Origin: Octopus sinensis
Lineage: Eukaryota
Reading direction: 5' to 3'
Length of the DNA stretch: 64,000 bases
NCBI RefSeq assembly: GCF_006345805.1
Contig: NC_043013.1
Coordinates: 57,350,001 to 57,414,000, forward strand
A program made the position numbers and the translations under genes. Positions within the stretch are counted from its first letter, which is position 1. Every line of letters begins with the position of its first letter. Positions 24,972 to 37,570 of the stretch are shown one piece after another. The notes below the pieces were generated by a model. The model saw only the letters and a list, made by a program, of their open reading frames with translations, was not told where the DNA came from and did not search any database.

Positions 24972-25155
24972 GGTGTTTATAAGCCATTTAAGAAACACAC
25001 AAAACCGTTGGATCTCAGCACGAAGCTTTGTCAGTGAACAGGCCGCGGTCAGAAAGCACAGAAAATATTTTGACAAATTAAATTTAAATGTTGAAGTGAA
25101 TCCAACGGTTTTGTGTGTTTCTTAAATGGCTTACAAACACCTTCCACGCTGCGAT
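24972..25155 (+). mobile_element. Short element with a 42-bp inverted copy of its 3' segment (24972-25013 / 25100-25141), ending at (TA)n
   Basis: ggtgtttataagccatttaagaaacacacaaaaccgttggat versus its reverse complement, 1 mismatch. Confidence 0.75.
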
Positions 25156-25183
25156 TGTACATATATATATACATATACGTGTG

Positions 25184-25217
<34 letters not shown>

Positions 25218-25233
25218 TATATATATATATATA

Positions 25234-25455
25234 GTGGTTCGGGTGTAGTGATCGTGGTTTCAATCCCTAGACCAGTGGTGTGTTGTGTTCTTGAACAAAA
25301 ATATTTCAGCTCCGTTGTTCTACGATCACTTTGACATGTAGCACACAGTTCACCTGTTCAGACAATGTCGATTCAATGTATGGAGTGAGTTAATATGTGG
25401 CACAGACATTTGATCAACAGAAACAAACCATTTGTGCAGGTCATTCGGCAAAGGT
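25234..25455 (+). mobile_element. Degenerate tRNA-derived SINE (family C-like head)
   Basis: gtggtttcaatccctag...tgtgttgtgttcttgaacaa resembles the tgtgtccttgagcaag core. Confidence 0.5.
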
Positions 25456-25500
25456 CAGATGCTCATACATCATCTTTGATGGCAAAGTCTATCATATATA

Positions 25501-25545
<45 letters not shown>

Positions 25546-25568
25546 TATATTATATATATATATATATA

Positions 25569-26135
25569 TAATTATAGGTGGAACAACAATTAATATTTGA
25601 AAACAATATATCATATTGAGTGACTTGTAAAACAAATGTTTAATATTATGGTGTAGGAGGGAGGAAAATTCCAAGCATTCTTGGAACTTTTTTGCAGTTA
25701 ATCTTCCAGTCTTCTTGCATTTGGAGACCAAATTATACTGAGTTTTACTTAGCCGGTTATTCTTGTGGAAATGGTAACTAAAGTTGCTCTATCCTGGAAT
25801 GATATTATCATTATCAATTCCAAAAGGATGAGAAGCAATTGGAAAAGTTATGAGAACCCTTAAAAAAAGATGAAAACATGAAAAAGTACAGATAAAAGGG
25901 AAAAAGAACCATTTCTCATTTCTTTCATAGAAAAAACTTCTTCATGTAAAAATATCTAAATGGACATAAAACAAATTAAAAAGAAAAAAGAAAAATGTTC
26001 GAAATAGTTTCTGGGATCGAACCTGCTGCACCAAGTTTATACTTAATTACCATAATGTATCTTTGAATATTTTTTCCCTCTTTCACTGTTTTTCCTCTTG
26101 TTCTACCCCTCTTTCCCTCTCCCATAATTTACATT
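25569..26135 (+). repeat. 567-bp direct duplication, copy 1 (copy 2 at 27169-27736)
   Basis: Identical by eye except for a 1-bp indel (aaaacaat / aaaacaaat). Confidence 0.95.
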
Positions 26136-26140
26136 ATATA

Positions 26141-26415
26141 TTTCCATCAGCCAAGTCCACTCACAAGGCTTTGGTTGACCCGTGGCTATAGTAGAAAACA
26201 CTGGCCGAAGCAAGCTTCTTACCACACAGCTACACCTGCACCTATATGTATATATATATAACCGTTTGTTGTCACTAATTATTATTATTATTTTATATAA
26301 ATATATATATATATATCAGAAAATAGAGATAATTCAATTAATGATTATATCTATTAATTACAAAACTAGACATATTATTATCCCTTAATGAGGCTTCTTT
26401 AACCTCCAATTGAAC

Positions 26416-26449
<34 letters not shown>

Positions 26450-26724
26450 GTTCAATTGGAGGTTAAAGAAGCCTCATTAAGGGATAATAATATGTCTAGT
26501 TTTGTAATTAATAGATATAATCATTAATTGAATTATCTCTATTTTCTGATATATATATATATATTTATATAAAATAATAATAATAATTAGTGACAACAAA
26601 CGGTTATATATATATACATATAGGTGCAGGTGTAGCTGTGTGGTAAGAAGCTTGCTTCGGCCAGTGTTTTCTACTATAGCCACGGGTCAACCAAAGCCTT
26701 GTGAGTGGACTTGGCTGATGGAAA
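26141..26724. repeat. Perfect 584-bp palindrome centred on (TA)n
   Basis: The arms are exact reverse complements. The ORF track shows the same 68-aa ORF on both strands (26182+, 26477-). Confidence 0.96.
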
Positions 26725-26738
26725 CTGAAAGAAGCCTG

Positions 26739-26771
<33 letters not shown>

Positions 26772-26870
26772 TGTGTGTTTGTGTTTGTCCCCCACCCCCA
26801 TCCCACCATCACTCGATAACTAGTGTTGATGTGTTTACATCCTTGTAACTTAGCAATTTGGAAAAAGAGA
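26623..26870 (+). mobile_element. SINE family A with internal deletion; its 5' part is duplicated in the left palindrome arm
   Basis: ggtgcaggtgtagctgtgtggtaagaagcttgctt joined directly to cggccagtgttttctactatagc. Confidence 0.8.
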
Positions 26871-26917
26871 CCACATGTATATACACATAAGTGTGTGTGT
26901 ATATGTGTGTGTATGTG

Positions 26918-26954
<37 letters not shown>

Positions 26955-27168
26955 TTTATAGAAGGAGCTTCTACAGGACTAGAACTGTTTCATTCAAATG
27001 AAATCATCAGGAACATATATATATATATATAATATATATATATATACCATGCATAAAAGGATCCATCTGTATTCGACTGAGCTAATGTGATCAAGAAAAA
27101 GTCAGTGAAACAGTCACAGCAGTAGAATGAAAGACTTTGTCTAACTATCAAATGATTACTTCATCAGT

Positions 27169-27736
27169 TAATTATAGGTGGAACAACAATTAATATTTGA
27201 AAACAAATATATCATATTGAGTGACTTGTAAAACAAATGTTTAATATTATGGTGTAGGAGGGAGGAAAATTCCAAGCATTCTTGGAACTTTTTTGCAGTT
27301 AATCTTCCAGTCTTCTTGCATTTGGAGACCAAATTATACTGAGTTTTACTTAGCCGGTTATTCTTGTGGAAATGGTAACTAAAGTTGCTCTATCCTGGAA
27401 TGATATTATCATTATCAATTCCAAAAGGATGAGAAGCAATTGGAAAAGTTATGAGAACCCTTAAAAAAAGATGAAAACATGAAAAAGTACAGATAAAAGG
27501 GAAAAAGAACCATTTCTCATTTCTTTCATAGAAAAAACTTCTTCATGTAAAAATATCTAAATGGACATAAAACAAATTAAAAAGAAAAAAGAAAAATGTT
27601 CGAAATAGTTTCTGGGATCGAACCTGCTGCACCAAGTTTATACTTAATTACCATAATGTATCTTTGAATATTTTTTCCCTCTTTCACTGTTTTTCCTCTT
27701 GTTCTACCCCTCTTTCCCTCTCCCATAATTTACATT
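27169..27736 (+). repeat. 568-bp direct duplication, copy 2
   Basis: See 25569-26135. Confidence 0.95.
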
Positions 27737-28708
27737 TAAAACAACACATACATACTTACACACTCACATACATACACACATATATATATATCCCACTACG
27801 CACTCATATACCTGTTCACACATACAACAATATGTGTGTGTGTGTGTGTGTGTACACAGTCAATACTAACAACCGTCTTTGGTCAATGAGTTTCTTGTTT
27901 CAAACAAAGAAATTATTAATTAGAGAATGGAATAAACCACAGATGTTAGACTTGTACGATTTCAGTTTCACTTCCCACAATAACTGGAATGAAGTTTAAT
28001 TGCTATCAACATTTAATAATCTTTATAAGCTATTTATATATGACTTCCAATTAAAAATTATTTGAGAATTTCTGGAAGTGTTTAATTAAAGCTTACGGAT
28101 GTCAGTATACAATAGCTAAAGTCTCTACTTCAAAAGACACAAATTTTCTACCAGTTAATCAATAAAACAGCTTTGGCAAAGGGTCGCAGTTAACGGCATT
28201 TCTGGTACTGCTATTAAATTCTAGAGTTACACATTTTTGAAGCTATTCCACTCAAATTCTTTTTTAAAAACAACATTTAGTTTGGAAGGGAAGGGAGCCC
28301 TTTTTTTATTATTTGTTTCATCCCCTTCCTTTTTCTTTTTGTTTACAAATTCATCTCTAACCTAAATGGTAATTTGGAATCCCTTTGATTCTAAGATCTC
28401 AGAAATATCAGAACAAGGGAGAAGAATATTTTGCTCTTGTATTCTTTGTGGTATTCTTAATGCTGGTTGATCTTCCTTTTGTGTAATGGCCACTTGAAGG
28501 ATACCATTTATTCTTCCAATAATTTTATGGTATTCTTTACTGGTACCAGATTCATTATATGTGTGTGTGGGTGTGTGTGTATAATTATATATATTCTTAC
28601 GTTTATATATTTGTTGTGCAAGATTTTTTATATATATTCTACTTGAGGATTCTTTTGCTGAAATACATGACATATTTGAAGTAATATATATGTGTGTGTA
28701 TGTATATG

Positions 28709-28755
<47 letters not shown>

Positions 28756-31538
28756 ATATACATATATATGTATGTATGTTTCTATATATTTGTGAATGTG
28801 GGTAAAATTGGTTGAAAGTTCATTATATTTAATATGATTTTTGAAAAAGATTCCAAAGAAATTCATTTTGAAGTCACTTTTACAGAAAACTGCTAATTTT
28901 ACTGAAAACCATTAGATTAATCAAATTTTAATTTTTGAAGATAAATGTTATTTTTATTGGTGAATTCAGCTTTGCTGATGTAAGCAGAAATTTTTTTTTA
29001 AATTAATTAATGTGCTGATTAAATATTTAATAATGTTGAAGATCAGTGGCAGAGGGATGGGTACAAAGTCTCATGGAATCTCAAATTTTAAATTCCAATC
29101 GTTCTAAAGGTTAAGCTGTTGAACTTCCAACGAAATGGTTGTAAGTGCACTTCTTACTTCCATCATTGTTTTATAACCCTTATCAAGGCCCACATCTCTG
29201 TTCAACTTTATTAAACACTTTTCCAGCTTTCGTTTTTTTTCTTCTAATCTGCCCCAGCATGATGACTGAACAGAAAATTAGTTTACATTCTCTGTAGTGA
29301 AGCAAGAGGAAAGGAGCTCATTCCCCAGGAAATCCCAAGGGTCCTATGAATCAGTGTATGAGCTCCTGTACAGTCATTCGATTTGCTAGAAATAGCAACT
29401 AAATCTACATTGATGATGTAGCTCTTGAAATACAAAGCCAAAATGGATATGGCTAGAACACAGTTCATTAAATTGGTCAACATACATTCTGCTATTTCAC
29501 CAGTTAAACTTATTCTTGGAGACATTCCAAAATTTAATTTCAAACATATCACTAAGTTTGCTCCATCAACTCTAAATTTGGGAATACATATATACACCTA
29601 TTTATGCCAAAGTACTGTACTGAAATTAAAGATAACAGTTTCAGCTGAAATTTGACTGTTTTAACACTTACTGTTCCTTCTTGGAACATTTGAGGTATTA
29701 ATTAATAAGAAATATCATTAATTAATGATTTGTTATTTTGTCACAAAACTAACAACATCAATTGTTATGTTACTAAAGCAAGCCAAATATTATTAAACCA
29801 GTCAGTTTTAGCACAAAAACTTGGAGCATAAAGTCATGTGAAGAAAAAAAAAAAAAAACCCAGCAGCTTTGATCATTAATGTAAATATTTCATTGGACCA
29901 ACTGAGGGAAAATTTATAGCAGAAGAAGTTTATCAATGTCTTAGATTTTAGAGATTAAGGATTCAATGCAGAGCACAAACTCCTATGCATGGTCTTCAGT
30001 GATTCTAGCTACAAAGTAGAAATAATTTGAAGAAGAGCTGCTTTCCAATTTCATCAAACTGTAACCTGAACGTCAAGGTCAATTACATTCACACTTAGCA
30101 ATCCAGAACAATTTGGTGATTTAAATGTCATCCAGATATAAAAACAATGAATGAGAGATATAATTGATACTCACCCAAGCAGAAATCTCATACAAACTCT
30201 TTAATAGCTGTGTCCTGTATTCTCTTGTAATGTTCTATATGCTGTTAATTGCCAGCTAATCAATGAGCATTGTAATTTGCATACTAAGTAATGTTAGTGG
30301 TCCCAATAGATATCCTCTCCTGTCTTAGTGTCTGTACTAAATAAGGAGCAGGGTTTAAGCCAGTTATGGGAACATTCCACTCCGTTTCCAATCTGTATTT
30401 TGCTATATTGGCAAAATACAGAGTGGAGATTGGATAGGCAAGTCAGTAATGGTATGTTGAGTCTTTCATTCAGCAGTAGATCATTTATGACTGAATAGAA
30501 TACAATGGAACTGAAATATCTGGAAAGGATATATTCTAGATATATTCGATTGTTTGTCTCCATACTATGTAGGTAATAAATCTAGCTTATATTGGATACC
30601 ATTAACTAGTCATTGAACTTCCTTGAAATAGCAGCCAAATCGTCTTCATTTCCCATCATGACATCATTAAAAAGGCACAAGATACATTAATGATAATGTG
30701 GCAGATGTTACATAATCCAGGAGAAAAAAGATGGTACAATCCCTGGCCCGAGTGATAGTGACTGAAGCTGGGGCTGTCTCATAGGCTCCTGAGCAAGTCA
30801 ATGTCCTGGGCCTTTTAGCATTAATTTATTGATAGAATGCCACCCCACACATAGATCAGATTTGAGCCTTTAAACATGTGTCCCCTGTGCTCAGACTGGT
30901 GTTGTTAAAGTATCTGTGTAATTCCACAGGAGTCATTGTATACATCATTCACTTATGAAATCACACCAGAAAGTAATAATAACACAAGAGATCATTACTG
31001 ATATGATGTTTGAATTAGATAATTATTAGCTCTATGCAGTGTCTCCCTTGATATGGCTGTGTGGTTAACAAGCTCATTCCCCTACCATGTCATATTGGGT
31101 TGATTTCCTTTGGCAAGAGTTTTCTACCTGACAATTCTTCATTTCATTGATATGATGAAAGTGGTGCTTGATAGATGGAAACCGTTCAGAAGCATTTCAT
31201 ACACACACTCACTCTTGTTGTGTATGGGTGTGTGTTTATATATATATATATATGAGTGTGTGTATAATCCCCAAAAGAATAATCCAACAGACTTGATCCT
31301 AGTCCACATTGCTTTTGTTTATTTTCTTTTACTTGATTTTCTTTCATCTTTTTACCGAGGAAAGACAAAACCAACAAAATTGAAGATATTCCCAAACTTC
31401 TTCCTTCCAGCTTGAAGCTAATTTACCAAATACATACTTCTGTATTATATAAGTATAAATGCATGCACACACACACGCATGTGTTTGTATATAGACATAT
31501 ATATATAAATATAATATGTGACAATTAGTTAGTTGTTA

Positions 31539-31601
31539 TAATAAAACTCAGAGTTTCAGATGCTGGGCCTGAGGTCTGCTCTGGCATCTCATCAGTTATT
31601 A
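31539..31601 (-). ncRNA. Type I hammerhead-like motif (left arm)
   Basis: UAAUAA CUGAUGA GAUGC..GCAUC U GAAA C UCUGA G U U UUAUUA; one extra U before GAAA. Confidence 0.55.
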
Positions 31602-31658
31602 AGACTAACAAAAATGCTATGAAGAAAAAAACGTTGAATCTAGCATTTTTGTTTGTCT

Positions 31659-31721
31659 TAATAACTGATGAGATGCCAGAGCAGACCTCAGGCCCAGCAT
31701 CTAAAACTCTGAGTTTTATTA
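31659..31721 (+). ncRNA. Type I hammerhead-like motif (right arm, G12 to A, likely dead)
   Basis: Same fold as the left arm but UAAAAC replaces UGAAAC. Confidence 0.45.
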
Positions 31722-34295
31722 TGACAACCAACTAATTGTCACATATATTTATAGAAAAATTCCTCTATTGTACATAATATCGAGGTCTCATTCATTCTTT
31801 TGTTGTCATATTATTATTATTATTATTATTATTAATATATATATATAAGTAAATATAACTGTTTATTGAATTTTCCATGTTAGCGGTAAACAAAGGATAA
31901 TTCATTCATCCATTTATATATATATATATGTACACATTCTTTTATATTTGAACAGCAAAAACAACAATTATTTATATAGTTTTCATCTGGAATGATTATT
32001 TGATGCTCACTTAACTAAAGACAGATCTAGCCACACATGCAAGAATGCACTTAGATTCATACAAATGCATGCACATGCTACATACATGCACACAACATGC
32101 ATATGCACATATCACATATGAATACATACATGTACACATAAATACATGCACATAAACACACATGCTACATGTACATAAATACACCCTCATGCAACTACAC
32201 AATGTATGAATTGATAAATGCTTTCGCAGTTGTATTGAAGAATGTTGACGAGAGATAGAGTTTTGTAAATGCTGCGATCAAAAAATGGCCGATGTGAATG
32301 GATGCAAAATGAATTGATACATAAAACTGTTGCAATAATTTACATTTAGAAAAGCAGAAAGCTGGGAGTAAGGCCAGTGTCAAGCATCATTTTTACTAAT
32401 GGAATCATAGAAAATTAATTCTCAGTCCTGCCTTATATGGTACTATATTGTTTGAAACAATAAATTTCCATTTATAGGAATAGGTCGGTGTGAATGGATG
32501 CTGCTTTCCAGGAAGAGGCTGTAGTGTTCTACTTAACCATTTTTATGATGGAGAATAAAAGAGAGAGAGGAAGAAAAACTAGATACATATTTGGTGTGTA
32601 GCTGTGGGTGTGTGGAAGGGGAGGAGGAATTCGTTGATGGAAGGGTGAGGGGGCAAAGATAAGTAGATAGAAATAGATAGATAGAAAGAGAGAGAGTGAG
32701 AGAGAGAGAGATCTGTTAATTAAGCAACTTAATTTTGTTTGCTTTAAATCATTAATAGCTGGAATAAAGTGAGTAGTGTTATGAATGGTTGTTATCTCTA
32801 AATACATCCACTCCGTTAGAATATAGAGAAGTTGTTTGGAGTAATGGAACCTGATAAATAATTGTATATTGGCACAGACGTGGCTTATTGATTATTAAAG
32901 ACCACTTTACTGTTTTGCTATCTGCCTTTGTTCTCGATTGCCGTCAAACAAACATGATGAAGGCTTTTGAGCCAGCTCTATCAGAGAATACTTCAACTGA
33001 TTGTAGGTTTTATGGTAATTTCTCTTCCACAAATATCACTTTTGCAATGGCACAGCACAAAATAATCCAACTGTGTGTTCAATGGGTTTTCTCTCTTATA
33101 TTTTACTGTCAGTTTTTTAATCTCTTTTACATTTGTCTTTCTCTATTTTATCAAGCAGTGAGTAGAAACATTTCATGAAATAAATATAAATTCCTTAAAT
33201 TGAGAAATTGTATTGTTTGACTGAGGAAATATCCTGTTCTTTGTTGTCCACCATACTAACACAACTCACTCGGGGATTTAAGTGATAAACCTTTAAATAT
33301 CTTCTACATATAGAGCAATAGAGCAAACAAAATTATTTAACAAAGGGAAAATATTAATACTAGAAAAGACTGCAGTCCATTTTGAAATGTAATGCCTACT
33401 TCTATAATTACTGCTTCTATCTATGATTAAACTGAAAAAAACTTTATAATTCTTTGCCTGGGATTTCCTCAAAGTAAATCAATATTTGTGTTTACTATAT
33501 ATTTGCATACTTTAATTGGTTGCATGTGGTTGCATGTATGGACAGGCTGGAACTCTAAGGAAAGAAGAACTGGTTCACATTCGATATTGTTTTAAGTGCT
33601 TAGCTGTATGACAGTTTTCAACAAAGATATTGTGAACATCTGATGATGTTCTGTATCAAAAATATTTTTTCTCGTATGTCCTTTGTCTTTTCTTTATGAT
33701 AAAAGTGTGAAACGTAAGAATGACTTTAGCTTCTTTTTTCAGTCATGAAATAACCATCTTATTTATTCTTTTAGCACTCGACTAAAGATTGAGGTTCTTT
33801 GCTTGAAGATGTAACATTCATGGCTGTTGTGTATTTCACAATCCATCTAATTTAACACGACATTTAAATAATATTTACAGTGAACCTTTGGGTTCATCCT
33901 ACATCATACAGGTTAAGTGTAAGATTAGTCTATAGCTTATGGTGTACTGAGGGACAGCACAGAAACAAAAACAACTTACACTGGAGAGATAGTATTCAGC
34001 ATAGGAGCATGAATAGGCGATCACTGATGAGAGTTCAAAAGAGAGAAAAGCTCACCAGTGCTCTACTAACATGCTCAAGTAGAACACAGAGATTAAGATA
34101 TTATCTACACATAGAACTGACATGTCACTTAGATTACAGAGGTCACACAGAGAGTAATAGAAGATAGACTGAGCCTTAATAGAAAACATGAATGGAATAA
34201 CACCCGATACCACCACAGCACACAAAACGATGACTAAAGAGAGAAGGAACAAAAAGAAAAGATGCAGGTACAAACAGTGCAATACACACAAACAC

Positions 34296-34420
34296 GAGTG
34301 AACTGGAGCAAAATGAAATAAAGTGTCTTGCTCAAGAGCACAACACACACCCAAGTCCAGGAATCGAACTCACTATCTCATGATTATAAGTCTGCTGTTC
34401 TAACCACAGAGTCATACATA
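34296..34420 (-). mobile_element. 5' part of SINE family C
   Basis: gaaataaagtgtcttgctcaag...ggaatcgaactc matches 4660-4740. Confidence 0.7.
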
Positions 34421-34527
34421 TAATACACACACACACACACATATAAATACACACACAGGATGGGTTTCTTTCAATTCCCTTCTACCAAATGCTCTCATAT
34501 ATTTGTATGTTTGAATGTATATATGTT

Positions 34528-34712
34528 GGTGCAAGTGTGGCTTTGTGGTAAGAAGTTTGCTTCCCTACCACATGGTTCTGGGACCAGTCCCACTGTGTGG
34601 CACTGCAGGTAAGTTTGATTAGTCCAAGACTAGAGTAGAAGTGTCTTCTACTCTGGTCTTCATCTAACCAAAGCATTGTGAGTGGATTTGCTAGATGGAA
34701 ACTGAAAGAAGA
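34528..34712 (+). mobile_element. 5' part of SINE family A with a small insertion
   Basis: gtggtaagaagtttgcttccctaccacatggttctggg...gtgagtggatttgctagatggaaactgaaagaag. Confidence 0.75.
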
Positions 34713-34744
34713 TATCGATATATATGTGTATACATGTGTGTGTG

Positions 34745-34777
<33 letters not shown>

Positions 34778-35081
34778 ATATACGATTAGAGGTTGTATTA
34801 GCCTCATGAAGGTATGCTTTCAGCCAAGAAAATACTGGTTCAGTACTTAATATTTTGTGGGGTCATTCAGTCTGCTATAATGAATCCATAAACGCACATA
34901 TATATCTATAAATCATCCAAGGGTATATTTTTTCCCTCTGAAGATATTATGCTGAGGTCATATGAATTTAATATTTAATTAATTCACTGAGTATTAATTG
35001 AAACAGCTGCAATGGATGGTGACTGATCTGTTGTTAATAATAAACAATTATTAACTTCTCAATCTCCATTTACATTTTCTG

Positions 35082-35114
<33 letters not shown>

Positions 35115-35120
35115 ATATGC

Positions 35121-35154
<34 letters not shown>

Positions 35155-35187
35155 TAATATATATATATATATATTATATATATATGC

Positions 35188-35229
<42 letters not shown>

Positions 35230-35240
35230 TAATATATATA

Positions 35241-35812
35241 CATCATCATCGTTTAACGTCCGTTTTCCATGCTAGCATGGGTTAGACGGTTTGACCAGGG
35301 CCTGGGAAGCCAGGAGGTTGCACCAGGCTCCAGTCTGATCTGGCAGTGTTTCTACAACTGGATGCCCTTCCTAACACCAACCACTCCGTGAGTGTAGTGG
35401 GTGCTTTTTACATGCCACCGGCACAGGGGCCAGAGGAGGCTGGCAACAGCTACGATCGGTTGGTGCTTTCACGTGCCACCGGCATGAAAACCAGTCAAGG
35501 CTGGCATCGGCCACGTTCGGATGGTGCTTTTTACATGTCACCGGCACGGGTATGACAACTACAATTTCCATTTGACATATATTAGACAACTACAATTTCC
35601 ATTTGACATATATTATGATGTTGATGTACTTGACTCAATAGGTCACCTCAAGCACTGCAGGTTGCCCTACGATCCAAGGTAAGCACAGCAGGCCGTCCTG
35701 CGATCCAAGGTACTGTGGATGGGCTGGGGCTGCTATGTGCAGGAAACAGCCATGAACTCACGTCTTCGCAGTCACAGAATATCTCCAGAGGTCTTGGTCT
35801 TTCGTCACTGCC
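35241..35812 (-). mobile_element. 5'-truncated RTE-clade LINE: last codons, long 3' UTR and (ATG)n tail
   Basis: AVTKDQDLWRYSVTAKT* (35811-35758) fits the RTE C-terminal A.DR..WR..V pattern. The 3' end is ggaaaacggacgttaaacgatgatgatg. Confidence 0.75.
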
Positions 35813-35829
35813 TATATATATTATAATAT

Positions 35830-36066
35830 CGTATATATATATCAATGTATAAGTGTCTTTGTGCGTGAATTTGTTCCACAATCACCAGAGCCCACTTGAC
35901 AACAGCTGTTAGTGTGTTTATGTTTCTGTAATCTAGCAGTTCAGCAAAGAAAGAATATGTACCAGTCTTTAAAAAATAATAAGTACACGGTTGATTCATT
36001 CAACAAAAAATCCTTGAGGTGCTGCCCCAGCATGGTCGCAATCTAATGAATAAAACAAATAAAAAA
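35830..36066 (+). mobile_element. Degenerate 3' half of SINE family A
   Basis: cacttgacaacagctgttagtgtgtttatg...gtgctgccccagcatggtcgcaatctaatg. Confidence 0.6.
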
Positions 36067-37537
36067 TACGAAATGTGTGTATACTATATCCAAGTACAAA
36101 TGCTTCCGACAATGCATTGATTCAAGGCCACAGGGGAAAATACTTACCCAGGCTGCCATACACTAGGATTGAACTTGAAACCATATGATTGCAAAGAGCA
36201 AATTTGTTAACTATACAACCATGCCTTTACTTGTGTGTGTGTGTGTGTATGTGTTTATGTGTGTGCGTGTGTGTGTACGTGTGTGTGTGCACGCATGTGA
36301 CATAAGGACTTTTGTACATTACACTTCTAATTCTGCCAAACAAAATCCTTTTCGAATTTGACCTCTCACAGAAGCCATCAACCTCATATTCTGTGGATCG
36401 TTATAGAGGATTAAATCAAACCCATTATGTAACTGGTACTTTATTTTATGAACTCCTAAAACAGAAAGTTGATTCAAAATTATAAAAGGTTGCATAAAAA
36501 GACAATGAACCCTGGAAAATTTCAGAACCCTTAAGGAGAAATAGTAGAATACAGCAAGGTACTCTGCTGGCCATTTTATCATTGCTGCTAATTCTTTATC
36601 CATAGTTGTAGAATTCTTCAGAGAAGATCACCAGAGAAAGGAGTTATATTTTATATTTATAAGAAAAATACAGTCAAATAATCCTGCATGGTTATTAATA
36701 AAATATTAATAAAAATGGTATTTATGCAACACAAATAGGTTTTGGATCAGATTAAAAGACAAACTGGAAACAGCTTGCATCGAATGTATTTTAGCTTTGT
36801 GTTTTGGAAGAATTGTTTACAAATACTGACGGAATCTGGTACTTCATGGGTTTAGAATGTTGAAACAGTTAAGATGATGTTGGTGACGATGGTGGTAGCG
36901 ATGGTGATGATGGAAGTGGTGGTGATGGTGGTAGTGGTGGTTGTATTGATGATAATGAGGATAATGATAATGTTGATACCGATAATAATCCTCAAAGCTA
37001 GTCAAATAAAGTGATGTTATCAAATGCAAGAATATGAGAAGTGACATCAATAAAGAACAACAACAGTAAACAAAAATAAACTATACAAAATGGTAAATCC
37101 TTGTAAGATGAACCATAAAGTCATAATGGCACTTGCACAGGACTCTGGGAATATTTCTTCGATTCTTGAATATTTCTGCTGTAAACATCAAAATGAAGGT
37201 ATTTAATGGTTTTATGATGAAATACTCTACAAGGATAAAACAAACGAAGAACTCATTAACTTTGAAGAATCTGAGATATTCTGGCAGCAAATTGCAGAGA
37301 TATCAGTAGAGAATTTTATTACTGACGTGAAGGGTAGATGGAATTGTGATATCTAGCATTGGAAAGTCTGTTTGGACAAGAAATAATTCTTTGACATTTG
37401 CAATTTTAATTCATCTGCTAGAACTACGCGTAGCAATATATTTACATGTGTTGATCATAACTGTATGTGTGTGTATGTACATGTGTGCTTGTGTGTAGGT
37501 ATATATATGCATGTTTGTGTGTGTGTGCAAATGTATA

Positions 37538-37570
<33 letters not shown>

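Larger units (their letters stand above)
31514..31747. repeat. Inverted repeat with ~106-bp arms and a 21-bp spacer; each arm carries a hammerhead-like motif
   Basis: Arms 31514-31619 and 31641-31747 are reverse complements with a few substitutions; the left end abuts a TA-rich tract. Confidence 0.93.

Noticed and set aside
25995-26035. tRNA-like gttcgaa / gggatcgaacc
   Set aside because: No cloverleaf; at most a SINE head remnant. No true tRNA, rRNA or snRNA gene was found.
27130-27170. Minus-strand CUGAUGAAGU..ACAAAGUCUUU hammerhead-like string
   Set aside because: Lacks GAAA and a convincing stem II; too degenerate to call.
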